Source: Proteromonas lacertae
Taxonomy: Eukaryota
Length of the DNA: 64,000 nucleotides
Reading direction: 5' to 3'
NCBI GenBank assembly: GCA_002245135.1
Contig: NGBS01000296.1
Coordinates: 124,001 to 188,000 of the forward strand
Shown here: piece by piece, positions 1 to 13,900 of the stretch
How the letters are laid out: each line of letters starts with the position of its first letter
Numbering within the stretch: the first letter of the stretch is position 1
Translations under genes and position numbers: made by a program
Notes under the pieces: model-generated
Seen by the model: only the letters and a program-made list of their open reading frames with translations
Database searches by the model: none
What the model was told of the DNA's origin: nothing

Positions 1-1602
1 ATAAATTTGGCTCGAAATAATAATGTAAAGATAATTGAGTGTTGGATTCAAACGACAATCGAAAGATTAGAATCAAAGAAATTATATTTTGGAGGATTTA
101 TAAATGATCTAAAATGTAATAATTTTGTAACAGAAAATAGTTATATATTTATATCCTTTATAAAAACTCATATTGGAGTTGATTATATCAAGTTTGGTTT
201 ATTATTAAACAAAATGGATATTTCAAACTATTCATCCATAATGAACAGTGTATCAACAGTTGGTATATATGATATAATATCAATCCAATTTACCATATAT
301 GATGTATATACTTCTAATAAAGATCAATTGAAGAAATATTTGAAGATATTTTCTGTCTATTTCAATGAGAATGGTTTAGTTAATTGTAATTATGAATCTA
401 ATTTAGGAATAGATGTTAATAGTTTATCTATAATTGAAGATAAAACAAATGGATATAAAATTTCTTCAAACCATAATTTCATTTATTATATGGGAATGCC
501 TTATTATGAAAATGATAGAATAATTGATGAAGAAAGATGTTATGAATCAATAGATATATCATTTGATAATAAGAATAATGTGAAATATTTGAACCAATCG
601 AATATTCTTATGAAATCCTATATTCCCAATTATTATTTAGATAATAATGATTATGAATTTGAAATATATTTATTTCCGAAAGATTCAAGATATTATGATG
701 ATGCATTAATCATCCAATCTGAATGTGAATCTCATATCGAGACCAGTTTAAAATATCCATTAGCATTATATCATCCAAAACAAGAAAATTATTATAATAA
801 CAACCAAATCATAATGAAATTTTCTAAACTAACTCCATTTGAGTTATCATTTCTGATATATCACTCTTATGAATGTAAAATAAAAGGATTTGTAAATAAT
901 AAATTATCAGAAGAAATGGAAATAAGAATCAAAATATATCGATTTGATTATCTTCCTTTAGTTATATTGAGTGTTATACAGATAATACTTATATCTATAT
1001 TATTTGTATTAATAACACACAATAATAAAGGAATTGAATATATAAAGAAACATACAGATAATGAAGAGCGTGATATTCCACTGTTTATAAGTTTAATGTT
1101 TATTTCCATGCCAATTATAGTTGGATTTATGGTGATTGTTACATGTTCATTAACTTATCTATTACCAATGATAATATTTTCACCACTTTATATATGTATT
1201 ATTGTGATAATAAAAAAGAATAAATATGAAGGAAATAAAAAAGATTTACTTCAATTTTTGTTATTTTTGTTAGGAGTATTAGGAATAGGTGGAATAATTA
1301 TTTTATATTTTACAACAAATTATTGGTTGATAATAAATACTGATATTGGTTTAACTATAATAATTGCTGATGGAGTTAGTTGTGGTATTGGACTTGGTTA
1401 TTCTTTGATGTTGTTAATAGGTTATGGTTTTTATCAGTTCTATTCTAAAAAGAAAGAAGAAGTAGTAGATGGTATGAAAGTAATACTTTTGGAAGAAGAA
1501 GTACATGAAGATGAAGAAGTACATATAGAAGATGAAATACGTTACTCATTACCTTCATCATATATACCACCAGAAGATAGTTTTACAATGCCATCTTCAT
1601 AA
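1..1602 (+). CDS. Intronless polytopic membrane protein: large N-terminal (probably extracellular) region, ~5-6 TM helices, acidic C-tail; probably 5'-truncated by the window
   Basis: Frame is open from base 1 to TAA 1600-1602. Hydrophobic segments include LPLVILSVIQIILISILFVLI, LFISLMFISMPIIVGFMVIVTC, LLQFLLFLLGVLGIGGIIILYF and GIGLGYSLMLLIGYGFY. No family recognised. Confidence 0.65.
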   Translation: MNLARNNNVKIIECWIQTTIERLESKKLYFGGFINDLKCNNFVTENSYIFISFIKTHIGVDYIKFGLLLNKMDISNYSSIMNSVSTVGIYDIISIQFTIYDVYTSNKDQLKKYLKIFSVYFNENGLVNCNYESNLGIDVNSLSIIEDKTNGYKISSNHNFIYYMGMPYYENDRIIDEERCYESIDISFDNKNNVKYLNQSNILMKSYIPNYYLDNNDYEFEIYLFPKDSRYYDDALIIQSECESHIETSLKYPLALYHPKQENYYNNNQIIMKFSKLTPFELSFLIYHSYECKIKGFVNNKLSEEMEIRIKIYRFDYLPLVILSVIQIILISILFVLITHNNKGIEYIKKHTDNEERDIPLFISLMFISMPIIVGFMVIVTCSLTYLLPMIIFSPLYICIIVIIKKNKYEGNKKDLLQFLLFLLGVLGIGGIIILYFTTNYWLIINTDIGLTIIIADGVSCGIGLGYSLMLLIGYGFYQFYSKKKEEVVDGMKVILLEEEVHEDEEVHIEDEIRYSLPSSYIPPEDSFTMPSS

Positions 1603-1941
1603 TTTCAATTAATCAAATTAATAGTTAGTCTTTCTATTGAGTTATTGTAAGGGAATAAAAAAAGAGTTGAACAATAATAAAAACAATAATATTAGCACAT
1701 TCAGAATTTTTCCCTTTACCTTCCTCATAATTGTGCTTATTGATTTATTCATTGATTATAAAATTACAATTTTTGTTGTGTTTTATCATAATGAATTACA
1801 AAAACAAAATAATTGAAGAAAAAATAGAAAAATAAATAGAATATTTTGAATATTTTGGAAATACGAAGAATAAAAGGAAAAATAAACAGAAAATAAATAA
1901 CTAAACGACTAAATATTTTGGAACAGAATAATCTATTTTTG

Positions 1942-3579
1942 ATGAATTCTCTTGTGGATGATATTCTCTTTTCGAAATTACCCTCTGATACTATAGTATT
2001 TTTGTTGTTTTATATTTATAGATAAAAGAAAGAGTAAAAAAGAGTGATTTCGAGATAGAAGTTGTAGTAAAACATGAAAATGAGATGAAAGAGATAAAAA
2101 TAATCAATGTTGATGGAATAAAAGAAAAGAATGTGTTTAAATTCTATGAAAAATCCTCTTTATTGTTAGAATGCTGTTCTTCCTTCATCTATCCATTTCA
2201 AATCTTTCAGCTGAATAATTACAGTGAATATATGTTAATATGGAGAGAATATTACTTAAGAGACTTGGAAGAGATAATCCAGAATAAATGCTTGTCAAGT
2301 GATGATATTTGTAAAATAATATGTGTAGTATGTGATACATTGATGATATTAAGTGAATGTGAAGTAGTAGTGAGTAATTTGAAGAGTAGTAACATAATAT
2401 GTGAAGAAGATAACAAAATAAAGTTATGTGATTTATGTTTACATCAAACATCAATCATTGTTTGGATCATTATTTTCTCAATTAACAAATCTTGAAGAAT
2501 TATATTTGTTAGGTTGTGATCTTACTTATCATTTTATTGAATCCTTTGTTAAATCAATTCCATTTATGAAATTGAAATATGTAAATCTTTCATGTATTTC
2601 ATGTTCTTAGCTTATTTTGAAACAGGTAATCCAATTGGTCCAGAAAGCTTCACATTATTAATTCCATATTTACATTTATTGATTGATAGATATGATTTGG
2701 ATTTATCAGGAATGAATTTAGATGATGAATCAATGATATTATTATCAGAAGAATTATATAAATATCCAAATATTAAGAAAATAGATATTGCATACAACAA
2801 AAATATTCATTCAAAAGGATTAAAAGCATTATTCTCAAAATTTCCTATTTCAAAAATTAAGTTTGATATTAATGAAAGTAAAGAATTGTTGATTGACAAA
2901 GATATTCCAGAGTTAATCATAAGCATAATAATAAATTATAGTTATGAATTAAATCTGAATTATTGTGGAATTAATGATGATTTTTTCAAATCATTCATTT
3001 CTTTAAGAAAAAATGAATTAAGAGAAATACAAGTGTTAGATTTGAGTTGTATGTTTTTAAATCTCCAATTGTTTAGATAATAATCTGACATGTGAAAGTA
3101 TAGAAATACTGATTAACAATCTTTCTTCATTTTCAAGTCTTAATTACATTCAATTAAATGGAAATGAAATAGGAGATGAAGGAATGAAAATATTATCTCC
3201 ACATTTGCATTTATTAATAGATTGTAATAATATAAATTGTTCACGTATAATAATAGTAATATATATTTTATAGAAATGGGAGTATCTTCAACTGGATTGA
3301 AGTATTTATTGGATGGATTAAAGAATATTCATGAAAAGATAACAAACCTTGATTTAAGTGATAATATTCTTGATTTAGATGAAATAGAGAATTTATTTAA
3401 TTATATGGATGTAAATGATAATGTTAAAAGAATAAATATTAAAGGTATTAATATGTAAATATCTTATTCATTCAATAGATAATCTAGTTGATATAGACGA
3501 ATGCAAATCTCTGATTAAAAAATGGAATATTATTGATGTGACAAAGTTATATATGGGTTATATTGAAAAGATAAGTTGA
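1942..3579 (+). pseudogene. Pseudokinase-LRR gene, copy A (kinase C-lobe deleted, frameshifted)
   Basis: ATG 1942 (MNSLVDDILFSKLPSDTI), 26-nt intron 1996-2021, then kinase-like sequence up to KLCDLC. At ~2441 it jumps out of frame into sequence found ~800 nt further on in copy B. RI-like LRR exons follow (introns at 2594-2625, ~3049, ~3245, ~3445). TGA 3577-3579. Confidence 0.8.
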
Positions 3580-3706
3580 TTTTATATGTACTATATGTTT
3601 CTATTTCAATAACAAATAAATTACATCTCATAATGCATTAAAAAATGATATTAATTGATTATGCTGTGTTTGAATTATAGAATTAAGAAAAATGAAGAAA
3701 AAACAA

Positions 3707-4715
3707 TTATAATTTACTTATCAACCTATTTGACAAATTCTCCACAGCAGAAGTAGTCAGTATCAACTTCTTATATTTTAATATATCTAAAACATTAGCT
3801 CCGATTTGAGGAATATAATTAATCTCTCTAATATTATTACAAGCTCTTATAAAATTAGTATCTAATAAATCATTATCGATTATCAACACCGGATTATTGA
3901 AATTCCACATATTGAATATTTGCTTCAATCCTTTTGTTTTAAAACTTTCCAATCTAATCTCGTCAACTATAATTAAATTCTGGGTTTGATATTTCGTTGA
4001 TAATGCTGTACATAAACCTAATTTTCTTACTATATAGAAGTATAAGACATTATTGTCATACTTTTCTTTGGTAAATCTTGACTAAAGTCTCTACCTTCCT
4101 TTGGACCATGCGCTTTATAACCTCTTATCCAAATATTCGATCTTTTATGTCCAGCTCTTGCTCTGCCTAAACCTTTCTGATTCCATGGTTTATGATTTGA
4201 ACCTCTATATATTATAATACTAAATATACGATATTGTTGATTTAGTTTTAGTAAAATGAGTATTTTGCCTTTTATTGGCTCTTTGCCATGTTACTACTCT
4301 GTGAAGCAAATCTGGTCGAATATCACATCCAAATACTTCATGTTTCAATTCTATTTCTGAGATGGGGTTTAATGGATCAACGAGTTTATATACAGGCATT
4401 TTTATATGATCAATTAAGTATGGATTTATTAATTCTCCTATTGAAGCTTAGATAAATGCTATTTGAATACTATGTTCAGGTATTTCGAAAATTTCTTCAG
4501 AAGAGACGTATAAATTTGGTAGTATTGATATCATTTCTTTCTCTTGCTTTTTCTGTTGATCTGGTACATGAATTGCATTCTGTTTGATTGTTGCTTCAGA
4601 TTTTATCATAACTTTTGATGCAATACTTCAATATATTAGCATAAGTATACTTCTTTGAAAGTATCAATGGGGAAAGAAAACGACGATAGACATTAGAAAA
4701 ACCTAATTGAAACAT
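3707..4715 (-). CDS. MRPL4: Mitochondrial ribosomal protein uL4m (L4), 4 short introns
   Basis: Spliced translation gives [75 protein letters not shown], the bacterial-type L4 signature. The N-terminus [15 protein letters not shown] looks like a transit peptide. Confidence 0.92.
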
Positions 4716-4777
4716 TTCAAAAAATTATAAGAAACGATCAAATTTTCAGATTTTAATTTTTTAATAAAAAAATCTTC

Positions 4778-5616
4778 ATGTCAAACGAGTTCCAAACAGC
4801 AGAACAAGATGTGATCGAAAGTATTACAATCTTGAAGACAACAGTTAACAGGTTAAGAAGTGAAGAAAACGAAGAAACCAAAAAAAAAATATTAAATGAA
4901 GCCAAGAAAGCTGTATTGCTTATTAATTTATTTGTTAATGATAGGGTAAAGAAGCTAACGGTTTTATAAAGACATATGCTATTCAAGTTCGATTACAAGA
5001 CAAACAATTACAACCAAAATATAATCTAGTATTATTCTGTCAGTTTATATTTTGTAGAAAAAGAAAGGATATATGGATCAGATTCAAGACAATATGGCAA
5101 TAATTAATAGGGAAGAAGAGAAGTTAAATTCGAAGTTATTGATCGGAACACGTAAAGAAGAAGCTGATCCAAAAGATGGCGATATAATGATTCAAAAAAC
5201 TCAAGCAGTATATTAATTTTAATAATTAATTATACTTAGATACAAGAGAAAGGAAAAGGTCATTTGGAAGATGCATTACAAATGATTGAAGAAACGAAAG
5301 AGACCGCAGCCAACTCATTAAAAGAATTATTCAACCAAACTAATCAAATGGATAATATAGACAATGAATTGAATAGTATGGATAGTGAAATGGATAGATC
5401 AATGAAAGTATATAATAATATATTACAATATATATAGTTATTAAGACATTTGGCAATGAGAATGATGACTTCGAGAATTATTACAGTGTTGATAATAATT
5501 GTCGTATTGGCTGTTGTTGCTGCATTGATTGTAGCTGCTGTAACGAAGAAAAAAGGTATATCTGAACATTATTTTATTATTTAGATGATCCAACACCTCC
5601 TCCTGCTTTACTATAG
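4778..5616 (+). CDS. Qb-SNARE (NPSN/Vti1-like), 5 introns
   Basis: Helical N-terminal region, SNARE motif LEDALQMIEETKETAANSLKELFNQTNQMDNIDNELNSMDSEMDRSMKLL, C-terminal TM IITVLIIIVVLAVVAALIVAAV. TAG 5614-5616. Confidence 0.8.
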
Positions 5617-5741
5617 TTGTGTAAGATTTAGTAATGATTATTTGTATATATATATTTTCGAGAATGTCTTATTTTATTTTCTTATTTGTATTTTGTTTTA
5701 TAAATCATAAAATCTCTTTGTAAAATGAATAGAATTTAATA

Positions 5742-7911
5742 TTAAACTATACTTTGCACTATGAAATTATTATCTATATCATCAATTCTATATTCATCCA
5801 TATCAATTTCATTTGGTTGATAATTGGTTGGAATAAATATCATTGAAGGTTTTAGTAAATTAATATCAGGAACAGCAGACATTGATACTTCCCACTATTC
5901 ATAAATAATAATAATTTAAATTATATACAGAAGGATCAATTTGTTTTTGTGGTATAAAATACTGTAATTTTGTTGGAGATTCCATTCTCACTAAATCATG
6001 ATATCTTGGTTCTGGTTTTGCATTTACAATCTTATTCAGTTCATTATAATCATATATATCATCTTTAGTCATATTTCTTTTATTTAATTCATTCTCTAAA
6101 TCAAATTCATCATTGGCAATTTGATTCTTTTGCATTATTATTTTCATCGTACTATTTAGTACAGGTTTACTGAGTGGTTGTTCTTTATAAAAATCGACAT
6201 TCTTTAAAACAGTATTATTTGATTTATTCAAAATTGAGTTAACTTTGTTTTGATTATAAAATATAGATGAGTAATTAGAGAATGAAGTAGGGATTGGAGA
6301 TTCTTTTTCTGAGTCAATTGGTGTAGGATTATTATTATTATTATCTAATGATGTTGGTTTTGAGAATGGAATTGGTTGCGGTGGAGGTTCATCTGTTTCA
6401 ATAATATTAACAGAAATATTGCCATTCTCATTTTCATTATTAATATAATCGTTATTATTATCATCTTCTTCATCTCTTTCTACTTCATTTATTTCTTCCT
6501 CTTCTACTTCTACTTCTTCTTCTTCTTCACTATTATATACATACTCTTGTGGATCAAATATTGCTAAATCAATTACTTTATTGCTTATATTATTATTATT
6601 TTCTATTACTTCTTCTTCCTTAATATTATCATTCATTTGTTGTTGTAGTTGTGGAGGAGGTGGAGGAAGTGGTAATCTGTATTCTTTCAATAAAGGATAT
6701 TCCAACGATGTAAAAACTGTTAATTTATATTTACAGTCATAAACATTTAACTGATTTTGATCATCTAAAGATGCATATATAATAGGTAAATCCATTTGAC
6801 ATTCATCTGATTTCATTATACTTTTCATTTGATATATCAATATTTTATTACTTTTAGATATAATTATCAAATAATCACATATATTGTTATTATATTTGTT
6901 ATTAACAACAAATACAAAGTTGATTTTTTCTTGTACATGATCCATAGCAAATATTAAACTCTCTTCTTTTATATCCCACACTTTTATTTCTCCTATTTCA
7001 TTCACAGTTATTATACATTCTCTTTTCTTATTGATTATCCCATTTTCAATATTATTATCATTATTTTCCAGTTTTAATCCTTCTAAATAAACATATTCAA
7101 TGAATTGAATTGGAATTTTATCAGTTTTAAAAGTATTTTTTAATTTCTTATTTTCTATATCCCAAACTCGTATATTATTATCACTACTTCCACTAATTAA
7201 TAAATTCTCTGTATTTATATAAAGTCCAGTGATTTCTGTTTCATTATGTGCTTTTATTAAACTAAATGCATTTCCTATTAAGGCATTTTCTATACCATGT
7301 TCGTATGTTGTTAATTCTATTGAATATAAGTGTATTCTTCCTTTTGATAGTCCAACAGCTATTTTTGAATTCATTGAATCTATTGAGATTGTTGTGATTC
7401 TTGATTCTTCTTCGCAAAAAAAGGATAAAGGATATGAATCAGACGGATAGATTGAAAGATCTAAATCATCTGTTGGTAACATTGCATGAAATAATTGATT
7501 ACTATTGCTGAAAAGTATAAGGAGATGTGGAACGTGATTTATTATGATTAAATAGTAATTTGATATTGGATTGCCATAATGTTCTGGTGGTGGTATATAT
7601 AGTCTATTTTTCAAATATTATGTTTAAATTAGATATTATACTGATTATCTTCTTCTCCAGAAGTCATTAATGCCAATGTAACATGAAAACATTTAATTAC
7701 ATCCCCTGAAACAGTTTGCAACCTATAAATATATTATTATAATCACTATACATAAAATATTTGTTGTTCACCAGAGATAATAACTTGATTGTATCATTCT
7801 CTTTTATAAATTCAACTAACAATAAACAAGACATTATATACCTTTATTGATTATCTCAATTTCTACATTCTCTTTATACTCGGTAAGATATTTACCACTT
7901 AAAATACTCAT
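5742..7911 (-). CDS. WD40-repeat protein with acidic/low-complexity C-terminal half
   Basis: ATG 7911 and three 5' introns splice into ORF 5899-7614. WD repeats: AHNETEITGLYINTENLLISGSSDNNIRVWD and ITVNEIGEIKVWD. The last exon follows an intron near 5895-5928. Stop is TAA at 5742, or TGA at 5705 if a further intron is spliced. Confidence 0.75.
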
Positions 7912-7947
7912 TTCAAAATAGTTTGGCTCGAGTTTATTCTTTTTTAA

Positions 7948-8676
7948 ATGGCTGATTTTGATAAACTGGAAGTATTTTTCTAATTGTTTAAATTGATAGG
8001 AGTTGGGATTGTCGAAAGAGGCAATGGATGCTTTGAGAGAACATCTAGAACAACATGAATCAACAACTGATACTGTAGAGGAAGATTGGCATTTGAGTCA
8101 GTTTTGGGTATGCTTATTTTCTTATTTTATAATTAGTATGATGATAATACAAGAGAAAAAGTTGCAAAAGAAGCTCATGATCATGCAAATGGTGGAAATA
8201 TTGCTATTATATCAGCTCCATCAATATATCAATCTTATATAAAGATGTATTCAGAGAATTCAAACGTGTATCTCTTTGAATTCGATGAAAGATTCCAAAT
8301 GTATGGTGAGAATTTTGTCTTTTATGATTTCAACCATCCTAAAGAAATACCAGAAACATTACACAATAAATTTACATACATAATTATTGATCCTCCCTAT
8401 TTAGTATAATTATCACATTTGATTAAATAGACAGAAGATTGTTTCGAAGGATTCGTAGAAACTATTAAATTATTATCAAAATATAAAGCGGCTGATAAGA
8501 TTCTCTGTAGATTATGTGTTTTAACAGGAGCTGTACAAGAGGAGGTTGTATTTAAATATTTGCAGTGTAAACCTACAACTTTTACACCAACTTTTGCAAA
8601 TAAATTAGCAAATGAATTCTATTGTTATGTTAATTATAAATCAGATTTAGGTGATTATCTACCAGATGTCCAATAA
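7948..8676 (+). CDS. EEF1AKMT1: EEF1A lysine methyltransferase 1 (Efm5/N6AMT2 family)
   Basis: Spliced product EEDWHLSQFWYD..IAIISAPSIY..LFEFDERF..FVFYDFNHP..IIIDPPYL..LTGAVQE..LANEFYCYVNY contains the family hallmark motifs. TAA 8674-8676. Confidence 0.92.
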
Positions 8677-8805
8677 GGTTTAGTAAAAACAATTTTCCCC
8701 CCTTCTTATTGTATTGATTTTGTTTTATCACATGATTTTGGGAAGAATTTAATTCAATATTCACAAAAATCGAAATAAAATAACAACATATATGTATAAA
8801 TAGCT

Positions 8806-10793
8806 TTAAAAATACTTAGTAACAGTTTCTAAATGTTTTCTTAACACTTGAGGAGGTAGTTCTTTTCTCAATACTTCATATAGATCACTCAAACCACCAT
8901 ATTTTGGATCTTTATCAATAATACTGATTTTATCATTATTTATTATATTCTCCTCATCATCTACTTTATATATTGAACTAATCTCTTTTTCTTTTTCTAT
9001 TGATAATCTAAGTGATTGATCTTGAGATTGCTGTAATGTTTGTATTACTTTATTATCATTAATTCTTCTATGTTCTCGATTGACTTTTAAATAGTTATAA
9101 ACTATATGTTGTAAATACGCGACAGTTAATCTGTAAAGCGTTTCATAAAATATTTCACATTCTTTACAAGTATGCTATTGCAAAATAGAATAATAATAAT
9201 AATATATATATTATATACATTTCTTTTGTTGAATATTTTACATGAACATAACAACATATTTGAAGGAATAGATGAAAATATCATTTGAATAAAATCCTTA
9301 GGATTAAATATACAGTTCTTACCATTCCATTTATCTTCTTCTGTTATTCTATCAATATACTCTTTCTTCAATGGTTCAACATTTTCAGTTATTCTCTTTC
9401 TCTTTTGAGATCTTGCTATTTGATCAACTAGATTCTTTGAATTATTATTATTATTGATATTATTATAAGGATTGAATGGATTCTGTAGTGTATGTTGTTG
9501 TTGTTGTTGTTGTAATGGATTCATTATATTCATTGATGAATGATATTGTTGTTGTTGTTGTTGAAGTGATGATGGAGTTGACATTCTCTGAGTCATTTTA
9601 CTGTATTTACTCAATGATGTAGTTAATGAAATATTATTAGGATTAGTAGTACCATAGGGTGATTGTGTTGTGGTTTTATAAAGTGATGTTTTCATTGATT
9701 GGAATGGATCTGTTGGGTTTGAATATAATGGATTTTGTCGTATTGGAGGTTGTAATTGTTGATGTTGTTGATATATTGGTGGTTGTTGCTGTGATTGCTG
9801 TTGTTGATGTTGATTCATATATCCTGGATTATATTTTGGTTGCATTGAATGCAAATCTAATAATATATAATTAATATATATATATATATACCATTCATAT
9901 ATAATTGTTGTTGTTGTTGTTGTTGTTGTGATAATAATGACATGTCATTATGCATCATGTTCGAAGACATTTGTTGGTGCATTATTGGCTGTGATGTTGG
10001 TAAAGGCTGAGTAGAATTAGATTCTGGAATACTTAGAAATGTGTTATTATTGTTATTATTACTCATATTCATGTTGAAATTTGAATTATTTTGTTGTTGT
10101 TGTTGTTGTTGTTTCTGTAATTGCATTTGTCTTTGTTGTTTTTCATATGCAATTGCAAGTTTCATTTTTTTACAATATTCAATATTACATTTGTTCAAAA
10201 CACAATTAGCTGAATGTTGAATGATTCTCTCTACTACTTCTTCTTTCTTTTGATTTCTTGTTGCTATGTATTTTATAAATGTTGCAAATTGCTGTCTGCA
10301 TATACGATACTTACATTGAATGTTAGCACAGTATTTTATGTGAAAATCTCTAATTGTTGAATACATTTTGCATTCTGCACAATTTTGGTTTTTTATCGGA
10401 CAAACTTTATGGTGATTTTCATACTTCAGGAATTCTTGACAAGAATTACAAGTACAGGCATTATCAGAGAGATGATTGAAATATTTTGCTACTTCAATAA
10501 CTCTCAACTATTATAATTATTATAAACGATGTTTATACATATCTTTCAATGTACTGTTTCACCTTGATTTGAAAACTATAATCAGTCATAGCTTTCGCAA
10601 GTGACTAATATTATATTTACAAACTCATATACTTTTTTGATAGTTTCAATTCTTTGAGTAAGGTAACCATTGTCGTTATTCTCTAATACTTTTATATTAT
10701 TTAATATCTAAAGAGTATATGTAAAAGTGTATATACCCATTGATTATCAGCACTATTAGGTGGTTGTTGAGGTGTATCAGCTAAAAAGTCCAT
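8806..10793 (-). CDS. TAZ zinc-finger, Q/N-rich transcriptional co-regulator-like protein
   Basis: ATG 10793 and five tiny introns join the exons in frame. The Cys/His pattern H..CTCNSC..HHKVCPIKNQNCAEC..HIKYCANIQCKYRIC is TAZ-like (as in CBP/p300). PolyQ tracts present. TAA 8806-8808. Confidence 0.65.
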
Positions 10794-10912
10794 TTTAATA
10801 AAAAAATGATATGATTTGAGTTTACTCAAGCTTTTTTGAATTTAAATTTTCTTAACCTTTTTTCTCAATTATTATTTAAATTATTCGACTGTGATATATA
10901 TAATTCTATATA

Positions 10913-13900
10913 ATGTCTTATAAATCAAAAGTATAGATAATATATTGATGATATACCCGTTTAGCTTAATATCAATAGTGGTAGTTCATCTAGTAAACCT
11001 CATGTACCACAGTTATCGTCTAATTTTAAAACATTAACACCAGTTTCACCTGATAGAGCGAAACCAGACACATATTTCGCAAAATTACATTATTATGAAG
11101 TATAAACTTTATTTTTGATAATTAGGAGGAAACAAAGGAGAAATTAAAATTATTAAAAGCTCAGAAAGAAGAAAGAAAACATATTAGAGAACCAGTTATT
11201 AAACCAGTATATCAATCACTATAACTTTTTTAGAAACCATCAGCAAAAGAAAATATACATACAGTATACACAAAACCATCTTTATTAGAAGATCAAAGTA
11301 AAGAACCTAAAGGATTAAGAATTCCACCTCCTGGAAAATCAAAGAATATGTATTAATATAATGCTTCTAATATATATTTCTAATAGTGATCCAGCTGAAG
11401 AAGTAAAAAAATATAAAAGAAGAATAATAGAAGAAGAACAAAAAAGAGACAAAATGTTAAAAGAAGAGCATAAGAAAATGCATATTTCAACCAAACCGAG
11501 AGTTCCAATAACAACTGCACATCATAAACCGAAACATGAACACAAAAAGAAAACAGTATCAGAGAAAGAGAACATTCTAGAAGAAGTAGAAACTGAAGAA
11601 AAACCAGCTGAAAAAAAGAAAGAAGATAAATTAACAAAAGGAATAGAAAAATTGAAATCAAAGATAAAGAAACATAATAAAGCCAAAATGATAGCTAAAA
11701 CTGCTGTTACTAATAGTACGAAAGAAAGACCAACAACAGCTCCAGTAGTTATACCAGCTAAGGATATTGATTTATCAAACAGTAGTAGTAATGAAAGTAT
11801 TGATGATATTGATTCACAGTTGTATAGAATGGATTTACATGATAGATTGGTATAAATATATATTATTATTTATTATTATAGAAAGACGAATCTGAAGCAT
11901 TATCTAGTAAAGCAAATGAAATTAATAGACTTTTGAAAAGTCTTATTAATAAACCAAAAACAACAACAATGCCAAGAAATACAATATCCAATACAAAAAG
12001 ATCAACTTCTGCTGGAAAGTTCAAACCATCATCCAAACCTATCTATGAAGAAACAGAAAGTAGTGAAGATAATGATGATGAAGATGATGGATTATTACAA
12101 CAATATAAGCAAACAATTCCATTAACAAAACCAAAAATGAAACAAAAGAGAAGTTTAACTGCAAAAACACTACCAAGATATAAAGTTGATAAGGATGAAG
12201 AAATCATCAAATTTAGACAAAGAAAATTACCAATTAAAAGTAAACATCATCGTGCTGTGTCTGAACCAAAGACAAGAAAAGATGATATTGAGATATTATT
12301 CACTAGTAAACCAAAGATTACTCATCATTCACATACAGCAGGAGGAAAAACAAAGAAAACAACTCTAATGAAAGAAAGAAAACATAAACATACTGTTGAG
12401 AAAGAAGATGATGATGAGAAAGTTCTATATAATCAACCACAACCACCATTATATGAAGTTGATAGACAATTATTAAATAAACAACAACCAATATCACATC
12501 CTCCGTTATATGATGTAGATAAATATATTAATATTGATAATAAGATATTACCACCTCGTATTCCTTCTAAATCAGCTTATGAACAACAACAACAACAACA
12601 ACATCATCATCATCATCATCATCATCATCACCATAGTCATTCACATTCACATCATCATAAAGTATTATCAGATAGTGACAATAATAACAATGTAGAAGAA
12701 GAAGAGGAAAGTGATGATAAAGATATACCACCTCCTATTGAATATGTATCTCCACCTCGTAAAGATAAACATTACCATCATCATCATAATAATAAATTAC
12801 ATGTTAAACATGAGAAGGTTGATGATATAATTAAACAATTAGATGAAAGTGATTCTATTAATAATAATCCTATATTACATACACCACCACATCAACCACC
12901 AGTATCATTACATTATCAATACAATATTAATGATAATAATGATGATAATACAATACCTTCAACAACTGTAATTGGTATAGATAATAATAATAAGAGAGAT
13001 ATATCTCCATCAATTAAACATTTAACTAAAGAAGAACCATATAGACCAGTATCATTATCACCAGAGAAGAATAACAATAATGAAGAAGAAAAACCAATTG
13101 AAAAACCAGTAGTAAAGCAAGAAAATGATGAAGAAAATGATTTGAAAGAAATAATAAAAGAAACATTGAAAAGCATGAAAAAATCCAAAGAAAAAGAAAA
13201 TAAAGACGAAAAAATAATCATTCCTAGAAAATACAAACCAGCATCAGAAGAATCAGTCAAACCTCAACAAACATCCAATACTAATATCAACAATAAACCA
13301 AAAGAGAATAATAAGAAAGAAGAAGAACCAAAATCAACGCATCATCATCATCATCATCATCACCGTAAATATAATAAACATCCATTTATAGGTAATAGCA
13401 GTAGTGATGAAGATAATAAAAAGATCAAAGAATCACCTAAAACACCAACATTACACTCAGATACTGAAGATGAAGCTATTGAATTAATCAATAAATATAA
13501 TAAAGAATCACCAAAAACACCATCTATATTAAAAGAAGCTGAAGAATTAGCAACTCCATCAAATTCATCAATAGAAGAAGAATCAACTCCAGTAAAAAAT
13601 ATACAAAGAAAATCACCTCGTAAAGTGTATGATATACCTCAGTTTATAAAGAAACCACATTCATCTTCATCATCACCAATGAATCTTGATAAAAGTAGTC
13701 ATAATTCTGATGAAATTAGAAAACTCAAACAAAAAATAATTGAATTAAATGAAACAGTCAGAAGAATGCAACAAGAAAGAGAACATGATGAAGAAGTGTA
13801 TCAGAAAATGAAGAAATTACCATTCTCTGAGAAATATAATGAGAAATACTTAGAACCATTTGACAATATTAACAACAACGAAGAAAAGAATAAGTATCAA

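Noticed and set aside
1800..1935. Short aatattttggaa repeats upstream of kinase-LRR copy A
   Set aside because: Low-complexity and not shared with copy B; no function supportable.
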